Shown here: in pieces, positions 26,856 through 36,641 of the stretch
Layout of the letters: every line of letters starts with the position of its first letter
Numbering within the stretch: the stretch's first letter is position 1
Source of the DNA: Magnetococcales bacterium
Lineage (GTDB): Bacteria; Pseudomonadota; Magnetococcia; Magnetococcales; JADGBX01
Direction of reading: 5' to 3'
Assembly (NCBI GenBank): GCA_015231265.1
Contig: JADGBX010000002.1
Location: 4,174 to 68,173 of the forward strand
Length of the DNA: 64,000 nucleotides
Position numbers and translations under genes: made by a program
The notes under the pieces: generated by a model
Told to the model about the DNA's origin: nothing
What the model saw: only the letters and a program-made list of their open reading frames with translations
Databases searched by the model: none

Positions 26856-28091
26856 GATCCCCATGCTGACCTGAGATATCAACGAGTAGATCGGCAGCAG
26901 CAGCCCGGCCAGAAGAAACACGAACACACCGCCGACAAGAAAGATCGCCAACGGCTGAATCACTTCACTCAACGTATCCACAAGATTCTGTAACCGCTCA
27001 CGATACTCATCTGCGATGTACTGAAGCTGATCAGGAAGCGTACCACTCTGCTCTCCTACTTTGATCATCTCAAGTACGAATGCCGGAAACACCTGCGCCT
27101 GTTGAAACCCCTCCGTCAAGCTCTCGCCCTGGAGAACACTTTCACGCACCTCATGGATTTTTCTTGCGTAGACCTCATTGCTCAGCGATTCGGACAGGAT
27201 CTTCAAACAGGTGATCATATCGATACCTGCGGAGATCAGGAGGTTGAAATATTCGGACATGAACGAGAGTGAAGAGGTTCGAACCAAAACGCGCGACACC
27301 GGCAGATGCATGAGAATCTGATGATACCTGTAGCGGACATCCTTGTTGCTCTTGATCAGGGCAATAATTCCCGACACGACAAGGAACAGCGTAATCAGAA
27401 TGATGATGATGTAACTCTCCATAAATTTGGAGAGATCCAGCAGGAACACCGTGATGGGTGGCATCTCCACATCAAGTTGGTGAAAAATCCCCATCATTTT
27501 CGGAACCACATAGTAGATCCAGAATCCAGCAGTACCGATGGTACTCAACAGAACCATGACCGGATAGATCAACACCTTCTTGGTATTGGACGAGATGGTT
27601 CTCAGGCGTGCCAAATGGTCGGAAGCATCTTTGAGAGTTCTATCCAGCGTCCCTGTTTCATCCCCCACCCGAACAAGGAAACAGACCTCCTGGGGAAACA
27701 CATCCGGATGACTCTCTACTGCATCAGAGAACCGGGTACCCGACTCCAGCTGAAGCCTCAGCAGCTCGACGACTCTGGACATGCCGGGGCTCTCCATCTT
27801 GTCCATGCTGACTCTCAGAGCATCAACCAGAGAGATTCCCGCACGCAGCATCGCAGACATGTTGTTCAGAAACATGATCATGTCGTCGCGTTTGACCGGG
27901 CTCTGAAAGAGACGCATGAACCAGCCGACGATCAGCTCCTGATAGGAGGATAACCGGCGTAGAGCAATGACCGTATTGCCCGCCTCTTCCAGATAGGTCT
28001 GAACATCCAGAATCTCCCGCAAGGGAAGATCCTTGAAGCCCGATTGCCGTATACCGTCCGGCTGCACATATCGATAGTAGTAGATGGCCAT
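26853..28091 (-). CDS. mshG: type II secretion / type IV pilus platform protein (GspF/PilC/MshG family)
   Basis: The ORF opens at GTG 28103. The ATG at 28091 gives MAIYYYRYVQPDG, a typical GspF start. It has two T2SSF-like repeats and three hydrophobic TM segments. Confidence 0.85.
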   Translation of the reverse strand: MAIYYYRYVQPDGIRQSGFKDLPLREILDVQTYLEEAGNTVIALRRLSSYQELIVGWFMRLFQSPVKRDDMIMFLNNMSAMLRAGISLVDALRVSMDKMESPGMSRVVELLRLQLESGTRFSDAVESHPDVFPQEVCFLVRVGDETGTLDRTLKDASDHLARLRTISSNTKKVLIYPVMVLLSTIGTAGFWIYYVVPKMMGIFHQLDVEMPPITVFLLDLSKFMESYIIIILITLFLVVSGIIALIKSNKDVRYRYHQILMHLPVSRVLVRTSSLSFMSEYFNLLISAGIDMITCLKILSESLSNEVYARKIHEVRESVLQGESLTEGFQQAQVFPAFVLEMIKVGEQSGTLPDQLQYIADEYRERLQNLVDTLSEVIQPLAIFLVGGVFVFLLAGLLLPIYSLISQVSMGI

Positions 28092-28142
28092 GTTCTTACC
28101 CACTCATGGATACGATGTTATGCATCATGCGACGGAAGCGTT

Positions 28143-29840
28143 TCAGGTGATTTGATCATCGGCACTGTTCCGAGTCTGTGACCGGCTTGCACCTCTTCCC
28201 AAAATTCTGATCAACTCATCACTTGTGGTTTCACCGGTCAAAACCTTACCTACTGCAATTGAGCGGATATCATTGTAATCCCCCTGCTTGGCAAGAGAGA
28301 TGATTCGATCCATGGTTTCACCTCTGGCAAGACTGGCGGTCACCTCTTCGCTGATGCGCCAGATTTCATAGATGGGAACCCGACCGATATACCCCGTCTC
28401 ATTGCAGGAGTCGCACCCACGACCACGGTAGAGGGTGGTAAGCTCGTGATCTCCCAGAATAGCCCGCTCTTCGTTGGTGGGAGCGTAGCTCTCCTTGCAG
28501 TTGGAACAGATGCGTCGCACCAAACGTTGGCTGACGACTCCCAACAGTGAGTCGGCCAACATCACATGGGAAACACCTAGTGAAAGCAGACGGGGGATCG
28601 CGCCGAACACATCGTTGGTGTGCAGCGTCGAGAGCACGACATGTCCCGTTTCAGCAGCGATCAGGGCGGTTCGTGCTGTATCTTCATCCCGAATCTCACC
28701 CAGCATGATGATGTCAGGATCATGGCGGAGAAAATGGGGGATTGCATTGGCAAATCCATAGCCGGATTTGACATTGACCTCCGTCTGCCGAATGGATGGA
28801 ATCTGATACTCGATGGGGTTTTCCACCGTCAAAACATTCTTTCCGATCACATCCTGCGCCTGAATACCCGCATAGAGCGTCGTCGTCTTCCCCGATCCCG
28901 TTGGACCGGTCAGTAGAACGATGCCGTACGGTTCATTGAACAGTTGGCGCAAGCGCTCCACATCACTCGCCTCGAATCCCAGTTCGCCCAGCCCCTTCAC
29001 CCCGATATCACGCGGAAGGATACGCATGACAACATTTTCACCATGGGGACAGACAAGGGTCGAGACACGAACGTCATACCCCATATCCAAGACAGTGATG
29101 GAGAAGCGTCCATCCTGGGGTTTGCGCTGCTCGGCAAGATCCATCTTGGCGCGCATCTTAATCGTTGCCACCAACCGCATCAGGCTTCGGTTCAAGGAGA
29201 ACATCGGATGCATCATGCCATCGATGCGAAACGCAATCGCGATGCTCAAAGGACCGGGACGGATGTGAATATCCGAGGTGCGGTAGCGGATCGCCAGGGT
29301 AAACATATGGGAGAGCAGAGAGTCCAGATTCTGGGCGGAATCGGGCATCAATGTAGCTTGGGCGATCTCCTTTTCTATCAACTTCTCAATGGGGTTTTCC
29401 AAAAAGTAGTAGTAGTGCTGGATCGCTTGCTGGATCTTTCGGCGCTCCCCCTGATGCAAGATGGGAGGTTTGGAACTGGCACTGTGCCGCTGGATCGTCT
29501 GAATCAACATCTCCGGATTGGTCGCCGCCGAAACCACCTCGACATGATCCTCATGGAGCTTGATTGGCAAAAAGTCGTTCTTCACACAGAGATTCTTGTT
29601 GAAGACACGCAACGCCTCCTTATCCGGCACCACCCTATCCACATCCAGGTAGCGGATGCCCGCTTGATCCGCAACCAGTGAGGCCACATCAAACTGGGTA
29701 ACGAAGCCCATACGTTCCAGAACTTCACCCATCTTCTCACCGGTCACCTTCTGTTCCTGCAAGGCGTATTTCACGTGTTGATTGCGGATCAAACCCCGCT
29801 CTTCCAACAGGACACCCAGTGGTTTGCGTTCTGTATTCAT
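28143..29840 (-). CDS. mshE: type IV pilus / T2SS assembly ATPase with MshEN-type N-terminal domain
   Basis: 565 aa with Walker A GPTGSGKTT, Walker B DPDIIMLGEIRD, His box GHVVLSTLHTND and a tetracysteine CSNC...CDSC. The N-terminus carries two 24-residue LGxxLxxxG(L/F)(I/V)...Q motifs joined by a 5-residue spacer. Confidence 0.9.
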   Translation of the reverse strand: MNTERKPLGVLLEERGLIRNQHVKYALQEQKVTGEKMGEVLERMGFVTQFDVASLVADQAGIRYLDVDRVVPDKEALRVFNKNLCVKNDFLPIKLHEDHVEVVSAATNPEMLIQTIQRHSASSKPPILHQGERRKIQQAIQHYYYFLENPIEKLIEKEIAQATLMPDSAQNLDSLLSHMFTLAIRYRTSDIHIRPGPLSIAIAFRIDGMMHPMFSLNRSLMRLVATIKMRAKMDLAEQRKPQDGRFSITVLDMGYDVRVSTLVCPHGENVVMRILPRDIGVKGLGELGFEASDVERLRQLFNEPYGIVLLTGPTGSGKTTTLYAGIQAQDVIGKNVLTVENPIEYQIPSIRQTEVNVKSGYGFANAIPHFLRHDPDIIMLGEIRDEDTARTALIAAETGHVVLSTLHTNDVFGAIPRLLSLGVSHVMLADSLLGVVSQRLVRRICSNCKESYAPTNEERAILGDHELTTLYRGRGCDSCNETGYIGRVPIYEIWRISEEVTASLARGETMDRIISLAKQGDYNDIRSIAVGKVLTGETTSDELIRILGRGASRSQTRNSADDQIT

Positions 29841-29849
29841 TATTTTACC

Positions 29850-31463
29850 CTAACGTTCCGACCGATCTTGATCGTGGTGTAACGTGTAGTAGGTGTACTC
29901 ATCGATCACCCCACTGGGCGCACGTCCAAGCGAGGATTGATAACGGGCAATAGCGCGCAGAACCCCTGTATTTCCCCACCGCTGCTCCGGACCCGGGTCG
30001 AATCCTGCACGCTTTAAATCTTCGATCAGCGGAAGCAGCGCAGCTCTATCGGTGAGCAAATGAACCTCTTGTGGGGGATATCGTGGTTTCCAAAACAGGA
30101 AATGATGGCTTCCTTTTTTGGACTCAAGAAGCAGAACCGGACTCCTCCCCTTCATCCCCTCGACACTCTCACGGAAACGAAGCAGACGCCAGCCGCCATC
30201 TTCTTTCACCTTCTGCTGCAAAACAGTAAAATCATTATTGCCAAGAGCACGTTCGAAAGTATTCGAATGGTGCTCTAATCCATATGCTGCAAGAAACTGC
30301 CTGATCTCAGAGCGTCGGGAAGAGAGTCTCTGCTCACCTGCTGCGGGACGACCGTTTCTGCTTATCTCTATTTCCTGCTGGCTCTTATCCGTTGCCGACT
30401 CTTTCAACTCTCCATCCATAAGACTCTTCATCGTGGTCACCACCGATGCCAGATGGTCTGGCCTGGTCAGAGTGAGACCGATGAGAAGAATCAGACAAAC
30501 GAGGATCAGCCACTGAACACGAAACACGGACTGCCAACCGTTCCAACTGCGTCTCCCGCGTGTCGGCAGGAGTTCGGCATTCAACTCGCCTGCGGCACGC
30601 CGCATGATCCCCCGGTCGATTCTCTGCGTCCGGTATGCCACCAAAGCATAGAGACAACGATCCATCAACCGACCGATCTGTCTGGGATTTCCGTGAGTTT
30701 CCTTGAAGAGAACACGCAAAGCGCCCCGTGTGACAACGACTTGACCACTGTTACCCGCCTGATCCAACTTGTAGAGAACAAAGCGAACAAGTTCATCGTA
30801 GTTGAGGGGACTCAAACGTTTGTGCAATGCAAGGCGACTGTGCAACTGACGCATATTGGGGAGATACAGGGTCGTTTCGAACTCCGTCTGACCAATAAGA
30901 ATGATCTGAACCAGTTTATCCGTCTCGGTCTCCAGATTGGAGATCTGCCGGATCATCTCCAGACTCTCCAATGAGAGATTCTGGGTATCATCGATCATGA
31001 TGACGCAGTTATAACCCGCCTTGAACTCCTGGAGCAGATAGCCGTTCAGGGACTCCATCAGCGTGGACATGGAGTCGTGCTCGCCGCTTTCCAACCCAAA
31101 ATCCGTCGTGATCGCCCTTAATAGATCGATTCCCTGGAGGAAGCTGTTAAGCACAAGGGAGACACGAATCGACTGCTCCTTGAAAATCCTCATCAGCGCT
31201 CTGGAGAGGGTCGATTTTCCCAACCCCACATCACCGGTCACCGCAATAAAGCCTTTGCGCTGACAGACGGCATCAAGAATCTCACTGAGGGTGTGCGCCA
31301 TCCTTTCAGTCTGAAAAAAATGTGTCGCGTCCGGAACAACAGGAAAAGGTGTCTCGGCAAGTCCGAGCAGGTGCAAGAGCGGCGACGGACCAATGCCATG
31401 GCCAGAGCCAGCTTTAGGGTGCTCGGTTGCCGCTCTCTCCTCGGCATCGGCGTGAACATCCAT
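29850..31463 (-). CDS. mshM: ExeA/GspA/MshM-like AAA ATPase with TM segment and C-terminal peptidoglycan-binding-like domain
   Basis: 537 aa with LGLAETPF, Walker A GDVGLGKST and Walker B VIMIDDTQ. A single TM segment (WLILVCLILLIGLTL) is followed by a C-terminal GVLRAIARYQSSLGRAPSGVIDEYTYYTL (PG_binding_1-like). Confidence 0.8.
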   Translation of the reverse strand: MDVHADAEERAATEHPKAGSGHGIGPSPLLHLLGLAETPFPVVPDATHFFQTERMAHTLSEILDAVCQRKGFIAVTGDVGLGKSTLSRALMRIFKEQSIRVSLVLNSFLQGIDLLRAITTDFGLESGEHDSMSTLMESLNGYLLQEFKAGYNCVIMIDDTQNLSLESLEMIRQISNLETETDKLVQIILIGQTEFETTLYLPNMRQLHSRLALHKRLSPLNYDELVRFVLYKLDQAGNSGQVVVTRGALRVLFKETHGNPRQIGRLMDRCLYALVAYRTQRIDRGIMRRAAGELNAELLPTRGRRSWNGWQSVFRVQWLILVCLILLIGLTLTRPDHLASVVTTMKSLMDGELKESATDKSQQEIEISRNGRPAAGEQRLSSRRSEIRQFLAAYGLEHHSNTFERALGNNDFTVLQQKVKEDGGWRLLRFRESVEGMKGRSPVLLLESKKGSHHFLFWKPRYPPQEVHLLTDRAALLPLIEDLKRAGFDPGPEQRWGNTGVLRAIARYQSSLGRAPSGVIDEYTYYTLHHDQDRSER

Positions 31464-31464
31464 C

Positions 31465-32694
31465 CTATCGACCGGTTGCCGACGAGGAGGCTTGCACCAT
31501 ATCGATGAGAGAGAGAATTCTAGGATGGTCAGGATAGTCCCTCATCAACCGCTCCAACCGCCTGACTGCATCACGATGGCGCTTCATACCCATCTCTGCA
31601 ACGACCATGTTTACATTCGCCTCCAAGTCATCAGGCAACTGCTTCAAAACAGTGCTCAACAGTCCAAAGGCGCTGCTGTATTCCTCTCTGGTCAGATGCC
31701 AATAGGCACGCATTTTCGCCACAAATGGGCTTGAGGATCCCAGAAGCTGTTCCAGTTCCGACAACTGCTTGCTGACCATCTCCACGTTATTGCTGTCGAT
31801 GGCTGCAAACAGACGTTCAGTCACAACGCCGACACCCCGTGTGTCCGGATCAAGGATGCCGTTAGTGACAGTGATGGTCTCGATAGGTGGTTGACGCTGG
31901 TCAGCGGTCTGCTCTGATGAACCTGCAATCTGCGGCACCTCCGGTACAGTGTTCAAAACCGTCTCATTCTTGGGCGCGTTTGAGGGTGGAACACGACTCT
32001 CAGGTGCTGTCAGCTCAGACGACACCTTGTGCTGATCCCTCTTCACGTTTTCAACGTCTACACCCCGTTTGGATGGTTCAGATTCAGCGAACACGGGGCC
32101 GCTCTCCGATCTCTCCGGATCTCCTGTCTCAACTACCTTAACTCTCTGCAAGGGAGAGATCCTTGGTGGCAAAGGATAATCAGGGACTACTCGGACCGAC
32201 GAAGGGTGTTCCACGCTTTCAACCACAGTCACCGGCAATGAGCGATTGGGAGTAGGGGCATCAACAACCGAACTCTCTTCGGCCTGTTGGTCGGAATGGT
32301 GGTCCAGAGTATCGGGTCGGGTCTGTTGGTTGGAAAGAGAAGTGAAGACGGGTTGGAACGAGAGCGTGACCGGCCCCTTATCAATGAAGGGTTGAGGAGG
32401 CTGTCCAGGCTGGGCAACAGGATTCGCAGGGAGAGAAACACGATCGTCTCGTGCAACAAGAAAGAGTGCTCCCCCGACAAGAGCAAGCAGACCGATCACC
32501 AGCAATGCTCTCATGGTGCTCTGTTCAGCAATAAGGGTGGGCGACACCCCGTCTCTATCCGTTTCTACCCGAGTGGGTTGGGAGACTTTGATCAGCTGCT
32601 CGACCGAAATCGACCGTTTGCTCCCTTTGTGGAGCATCTCCTGGGGAGCATCGTGAGACTGAAGCTCCCGCAACGCTTCAAAGATAACACTCAA
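31465..32694 (-). CDS. bitopic TPR-repeat pilus biogenesis protein (MshN-like)
   Basis: 409 aa from a TTG start that overlaps the secretin stop (TTGA). It has one TM segment (ALLVIGLLALVGGALFLV), a Pro-rich linker and a C-terminal TPR-like region. Confidence 0.55.
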   Translation of the reverse strand: MSVIFEALRELQSHDAPQEMLHKGSKRSISVEQLIKVSQPTRVETDRDGVSPTLIAEQSTMRALLVIGLLALVGGALFLVARDDRVSLPANPVAQPGQPPQPFIDKGPVTLSFQPVFTSLSNQQTRPDTLDHHSDQQAEESSVVDAPTPNRSLPVTVVESVEHPSSVRVVPDYPLPPRISPLQRVKVVETGDPERSESGPVFAESEPSKRGVDVENVKRDQHKVSSELTAPESRVPPSNAPKNETVLNTVPEVPQIAGSSEQTADQRQPPIETITVTNGILDPDTRGVGVVTERLFAAIDSNNVEMVSKQLSELEQLLGSSSPFVAKMRAYWHLTREEYSSAFGLLSTVLKQLPDDLEANVNMVVAEMGMKRHRDAVRRLERLMRDYPDHPRILSLIDMVQASSSATGR

Positions 32695-34406
32695 ATCACA
32701 TTCACCCGTAGAATGATCACCAGCTCCCTACCCGTTTCTGCCTCGGAATCCTTGCGAAATGCTTTTCCAAGAATCGGGATATCACCGAGAATCGGCACCC
32801 GCTCCGAAGCGGTGGTCTGGGTGCGACTGATCAACCCGCCCAACATGACGGTATCTCCATCATGCACTTTCAAGGTTGTGGTCATCTCCTTAAGATCCAC
32901 TTTCGGCAGGGTCAGTTTGAAATTGTTACCCACATCAACCAGAGTCAAACTGGTGGAGTCCACCGTGCTCTGAATGGGGTGGATGGTCATGGAGACCATT
33001 TTGTCTTCATCAATGAACGGCACAACCCCGACGACAAGCCCGTCGAACACTGTAGAAACCTGAGGCTGCTCATCCGACCCCACCGAAGTTCCCGTGGTGC
33101 TACTGAGTATCTGAGAGGGGGATTTTGAGACGTAGGAGTTGGTGGTGCCGACACTGATGAAGGCCGGTCGTCCATGCTGTGTACGAATGAACGGGTTGGA
33201 GAGGACTCGGACTTCACCAAAATATTTCAGTAGGTTCAAGGCGGCATTGAATGTCCCATCCCCAAAACCGAAACTGAACATGTTCTTGCCATCTGAGAAG
33301 GAGACTGCAGGAACCGAGATACTGCGCGATGCCGCCGAGGCCGCTCGCAAGGTCGTGGAGATGGAGCCCATTGAGAGACCGTTGGCTGCCATGCCGGCGA
33401 CAAGTCTGTCATTGAGGATCGACCAGTTCACACCGTGCTGATGACCATCCGAAAGCTGCACTTCAATGATCTGCGCCTCCATCACCACCTGCTGGCTCAG
33501 CGTCTTTTTAAAGGTATGAATCAGCGCACTCACATTTGAGATCACCGACCGTTTTGCCCGAACGAACAGCGTTCCGGTGAGACGATTCAGGTGGTACGTG
33601 GGTGTATCCTGACGAATCGCATTGTTGATCTGTGAAACAGCACCCACCTCCGAGACCGATTGTGACGCTTTGGTTTCCCCACCCAAAGCGTTTGGATCCT
33701 GCACCGTTCCGACCAAAGTCTTGAGCATCTCTTCCAACTGGTCGTATGGATTGTTTTTTGGTTGGATCTCTCCGGAAATCTCAAAGCTACCCGTCAATCC
33801 GCTGCTACCACCATCAACCTGTGAACTGCCCAGCACATCACCACCGGCGGCCATACTGGTTTTGAAACTGGTCTCCAAAAAGTCGAGATGAAAAATCTTC
33901 TCCTGGAGCGGCATGATGCTCAGGAGCCTGCCCTCGGTTTCACCATGCAGATCGGCAATACGCAGAATATGGTTCAAGACGCGACTGGCCGGCGCGCTGT
34001 TGAAGTGGACGGAGATCCTGTTCGACACACCCGCAACACTGGGGTGCATCACCAGATCAAGACCTGCCTGAGTGGCCAACGCTCGGAGAACATGCTGCAC
34101 TTCGCCATTGGTAACATCCAGAGTCACCATGGTCAGATCCATGGGATCCGGTTGCGGGCGAAGAGGAGCAACCCTAACCGGTTGCGGTTGCTTTCTCTCA
34201 AAGCGCTCCCGCATCTGATCGATCTCTTCGAACATGTTATCGGAGTTGCGCGCCATATCCGCATCGGCATGAGGAAGACGGAACTTGGTTTTCGCCGTCC
34301 ACTCATCATACTTGCTGGCATCCTCCTCCTTCTGTGGGTTTCCTGCACAACCACTCAAGAGGAAAACCGCACTTACGGTGAGTGCAATGGTTTTGATCAT
34401 GTTCAT
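32691..34406 (-). CDS. mshL: secretin lipoprotein (MshL/PilQ/GspD family)
   Basis: The ORF runs to 34460. The ATG at 34406 gives MNMIKTIALTVSAVFLLSGC (lipobox). The C-terminal secretin signature is ...TVMLGGLI...ERVPILGDIPILGKAFR. Confidence 0.9.
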   Translation of the reverse strand: MNMIKTIALTVSAVFLLSGCAGNPQKEEDASKYDEWTAKTKFRLPHADADMARNSDNMFEEIDQMRERFERKQPQPVRVAPLRPQPDPMDLTMVTLDVTNGEVQHVLRALATQAGLDLVMHPSVAGVSNRISVHFNSAPASRVLNHILRIADLHGETEGRLLSIMPLQEKIFHLDFLETSFKTSMAAGGDVLGSSQVDGGSSGLTGSFEISGEIQPKNNPYDQLEEMLKTLVGTVQDPNALGGETKASQSVSEVGAVSQINNAIRQDTPTYHLNRLTGTLFVRAKRSVISNVSALIHTFKKTLSQQVVMEAQIIEVQLSDGHQHGVNWSILNDRLVAGMAANGLSMGSISTTLRAASAASRSISVPAVSFSDGKNMFSFGFGDGTFNAALNLLKYFGEVRVLSNPFIRTQHGRPAFISVGTTNSYVSKSPSQILSSTTGTSVGSDEQPQVSTVFDGLVVGVVPFIDEDKMVSMTIHPIQSTVDSTSLTLVDVGNNFKLTLPKVDLKEMTTTLKVHDGDTVMLGGLISRTQTTASERVPILGDIPILGKAFRKDSEAETGRELVIILRVNVI

Positions 34407-34551
34407 TGAACCGATCCCTTTATCTCTGTTGTACTCGCTCTCAATGACATGGACGCACACTACCGTTCACCCGGGCAGGCATTCTACCCGTGTTTTTATA
34501 GAGCTCGATGCACTTCTCATCTGATCCCCATTGCTTATTGGTATCAGACAT

Positions 34552-36165
34552 CTAGCGACCGCTCCACTCTTGTCCCTGTTGCAGACGTGGGATAATGCGT
34601 GATTGCAGGAGATCAAGATTGGCCGAGGCTCGCTCGGATCTCTCCTTGGGACAGTTTTCTCTGACGGCATGCCAGGAACTGACCGCCATGGGAGCACGTT
34701 CGGATGCCTTGTCCCACTCTAGTTTCCTGACACTCTCTCTGACCGTACTACTGAGATTCATCGCTGCCGACCAGCTCGCTTGGCAGGCGATCTGATTAGA
34801 AGTGATCGGTGTCCATCTGGACATCATCCCTTTTTGGCAGGTTTTATCAACCGCCTTCAGATCGGACGCTGCGATCAGAAAAGTGCGTTCCGCAGCAGCC
34901 CACTGCTCCGCATCACTCAAAGAGAGGCCCTCGGCATAGTCGATCTGCACCTGGGCAACGGCCATGCGACAGCGGTTGTTAGCAAGAATTTCACGCAGCC
35001 GTTGATAGGTTACCCTCGACGCAACTCCTGACTGAGCACGACAGAAGGGTTCCGCCTCCATGAGCGTTGTCTGCTGGTCCTTGAATCGAACCATAGCCTC
35101 TTCATACTTTCCGGCACCGGCACGATCCTCCCCATCCTGACGAACTTCGAACCCCCGCGCTGTCAATGCCTTACATCCCCATTCATTGTAGCGGACCGTA
35201 ACCGACTGCAAGACCGAGCGAATCCGGTCTCTGCTCGGTTGTGCATCGCAGTGTCGGGATGCCTCGGTATAGAGCGCGATCTGTTTTCCTAAAACTGGCT
35301 TGGCCCGCTCCCACCAGATCGTGTCGTAGAGATGCCGTTCCACCTGATCAGCTCCCGGCACGGAGATCGCTTTTGCCGTTGCAGCCATGCACCGCTGCCG
35401 ATCACGCTCCTGGGTAGCGTGCTGAAGCTTCAATGTACTTGAACGCACATTGAACCAGGCTGTCTGGGTCTGACGCTCATCCTGACAGTGGTCCAACACC
35501 CACTGGTTGTGGTCAAGCGCCGTTTGATAATCAACGACCGCCTGCTCCCAATTACCATTCTGGGCACCTCTTTCTCCCGACCGAAAAGCGACATCACCCT
35601 CACCATCAGGCCCGATGCGGGCCATGCAGGAGGCCTGATCACGATTATCACGGGCAATCGCCGCGAAAGTGATGGATTTACCGGCGATAGGCTCCTTACA
35701 GCTCTCGGCAACCGCATCGAAGAGTTTCGCAAGATCCTCGTAGGCCTCTCTGGCTCCGACCCAATCTTTGTCGTTGAATCGTGCTAAGGCAACCGCCTCT
35801 TTCTGGTGGGAAACCTTATAGAACTGATCGATGCAGGATGTCTTCGGAATCGACGCACGAATACGTTTCATGCTGCTGAGAATCGATTCCTGTTTTCTGG
35901 AGGAGAGTCGACAGGTCGCGTAGGCCTCCTGATAGTAGAAAAGGGCCTCTTCCAGCATCTCCTTTCCTTCAGCGATGCGCTGTCTCTTCAGAAAATCAAG
36001 CCCTTCACGCTCCACTTTCTGCGCATGGTACATCTCATCAACACAGTCGGCCAATGCGAGGGACGGAATAAAAGGAAGAATCATGAAGAGCACGAACAAA
36101 ACCGGTGCGATCGTATCGGCCCGTTTCCGTTTCACTTCACCTACATGCAAAGATCGAGACGGCAT
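34552..36165 (-). CDS. exported Cys-periodic helical-repeat protein (unknown function)
   Basis: The ORF runs to 36192 (GTG). The ATG at 36165 gives MPSRSLHV... It has a hydrophobic leader (IAPVLFVLFMILPFIPSLALADC) and 14 Cys in alternating spacings of roughly 43 and 22 aa across about 7 repeats. Confidence 0.6.
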   Translation of the reverse strand: MPSRSLHVGEVKRKRADTIAPVLFVLFMILPFIPSLALADCVDEMYHAQKVEREGLDFLKRQRIAEGKEMLEEALFYYQEAYATCRLSSRKQESILSSMKRIRASIPKTSCIDQFYKVSHQKEAVALARFNDKDWVGAREAYEDLAKLFDAVAESCKEPIAGKSITFAAIARDNRDQASCMARIGPDGEGDVAFRSGERGAQNGNWEQAVVDYQTALDHNQWVLDHCQDERQTQTAWFNVRSSTLKLQHATQERDRQRCMAATAKAISVPGADQVERHLYDTIWWERAKPVLGKQIALYTEASRHCDAQPSRDRIRSVLQSVTVRYNEWGCKALTARGFEVRQDGEDRAGAGKYEEAMVRFKDQQTTLMEAEPFCRAQSGVASRVTYQRLREILANNRCRMAVAQVQIDYAEGLSLSDAEQWAAAERTFLIAASDLKAVDKTCQKGMMSRWTPITSNQIACQASWSAAMNLSSTVRESVRKLEWDKASERAPMAVSSWHAVRENCPKERSERASANLDLLQSRIIPRLQQGQEWSGR

Positions 36166-36197
36166 CGCTTCTTTCCCACTGATTGGTAACACGGTCC

Positions 36198-36605
36198 TTA
36201 CTCCCCATCCATAGTTGGTGGATGCGGATCGTGGTCGTCAAGGGCATCTTCACGCCAAGCATCGAACCGTTCCAAATCGAGGTTATCCGGCCCTCTCCAA
36301 CCATCGCGATGGAGATAGGTCCAGACGTACTCACGCATAAACCCCTTGTCTGAAACAGCAAGCAGTTGATCAAGAGACTCTTCGGAAAGAGAGGGCTCTT
36401 CAGCCTTCATCTGCCGCCATCTCTCGACAACGCGTATTCGCTGTTCCAATGCTTTGTCGAAGTTCTCGGCGGTACCGTGCTTTGCCGTCCAGTCTAGAGC
36501 AGCGAACTCATGCTCCATCCAGACCGCAGCACGTCGCTGTCGGTCAAGAGTACACCCAACGGAGACCAGCCCGGCCAACACGACCATCAACACCATTTTC
36601 TGCAT
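36198..36605 (-). CDS. small lipoprotein (unknown function)
   Basis: The ORF runs to 36611 (GTG). The ATG at 36605 gives MQKMVLMVVLAGLVSVGC (lipobox). It lies 5 nt upstream of the next gene. Confidence 0.55.
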   Translation of the reverse strand: MQKMVLMVVLAGLVSVGCTLDRQRRAAVWMEHEFAALDWTAKHGTAENFDKALEQRIRVVERWRQMKAEEPSLSEESLDQLLAVSDKGFMREYVWTYLHRDGWRGPDNLDLERFDAWREDALDDHDPHPPTMDGE

Positions 36606-36641
36606 GAGCACTCTCTCCGTCTGAATCGACTCGGATACCTA

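Noticed and set aside
27306-29681. 215-aa and 245-aa plus-strand ORFs (27306-27953, 28944-29681)
   Set aside because: They are antisense to the GspF-family and MshE-type genes. Their translations are Arg/His-rich with no recognisable features.
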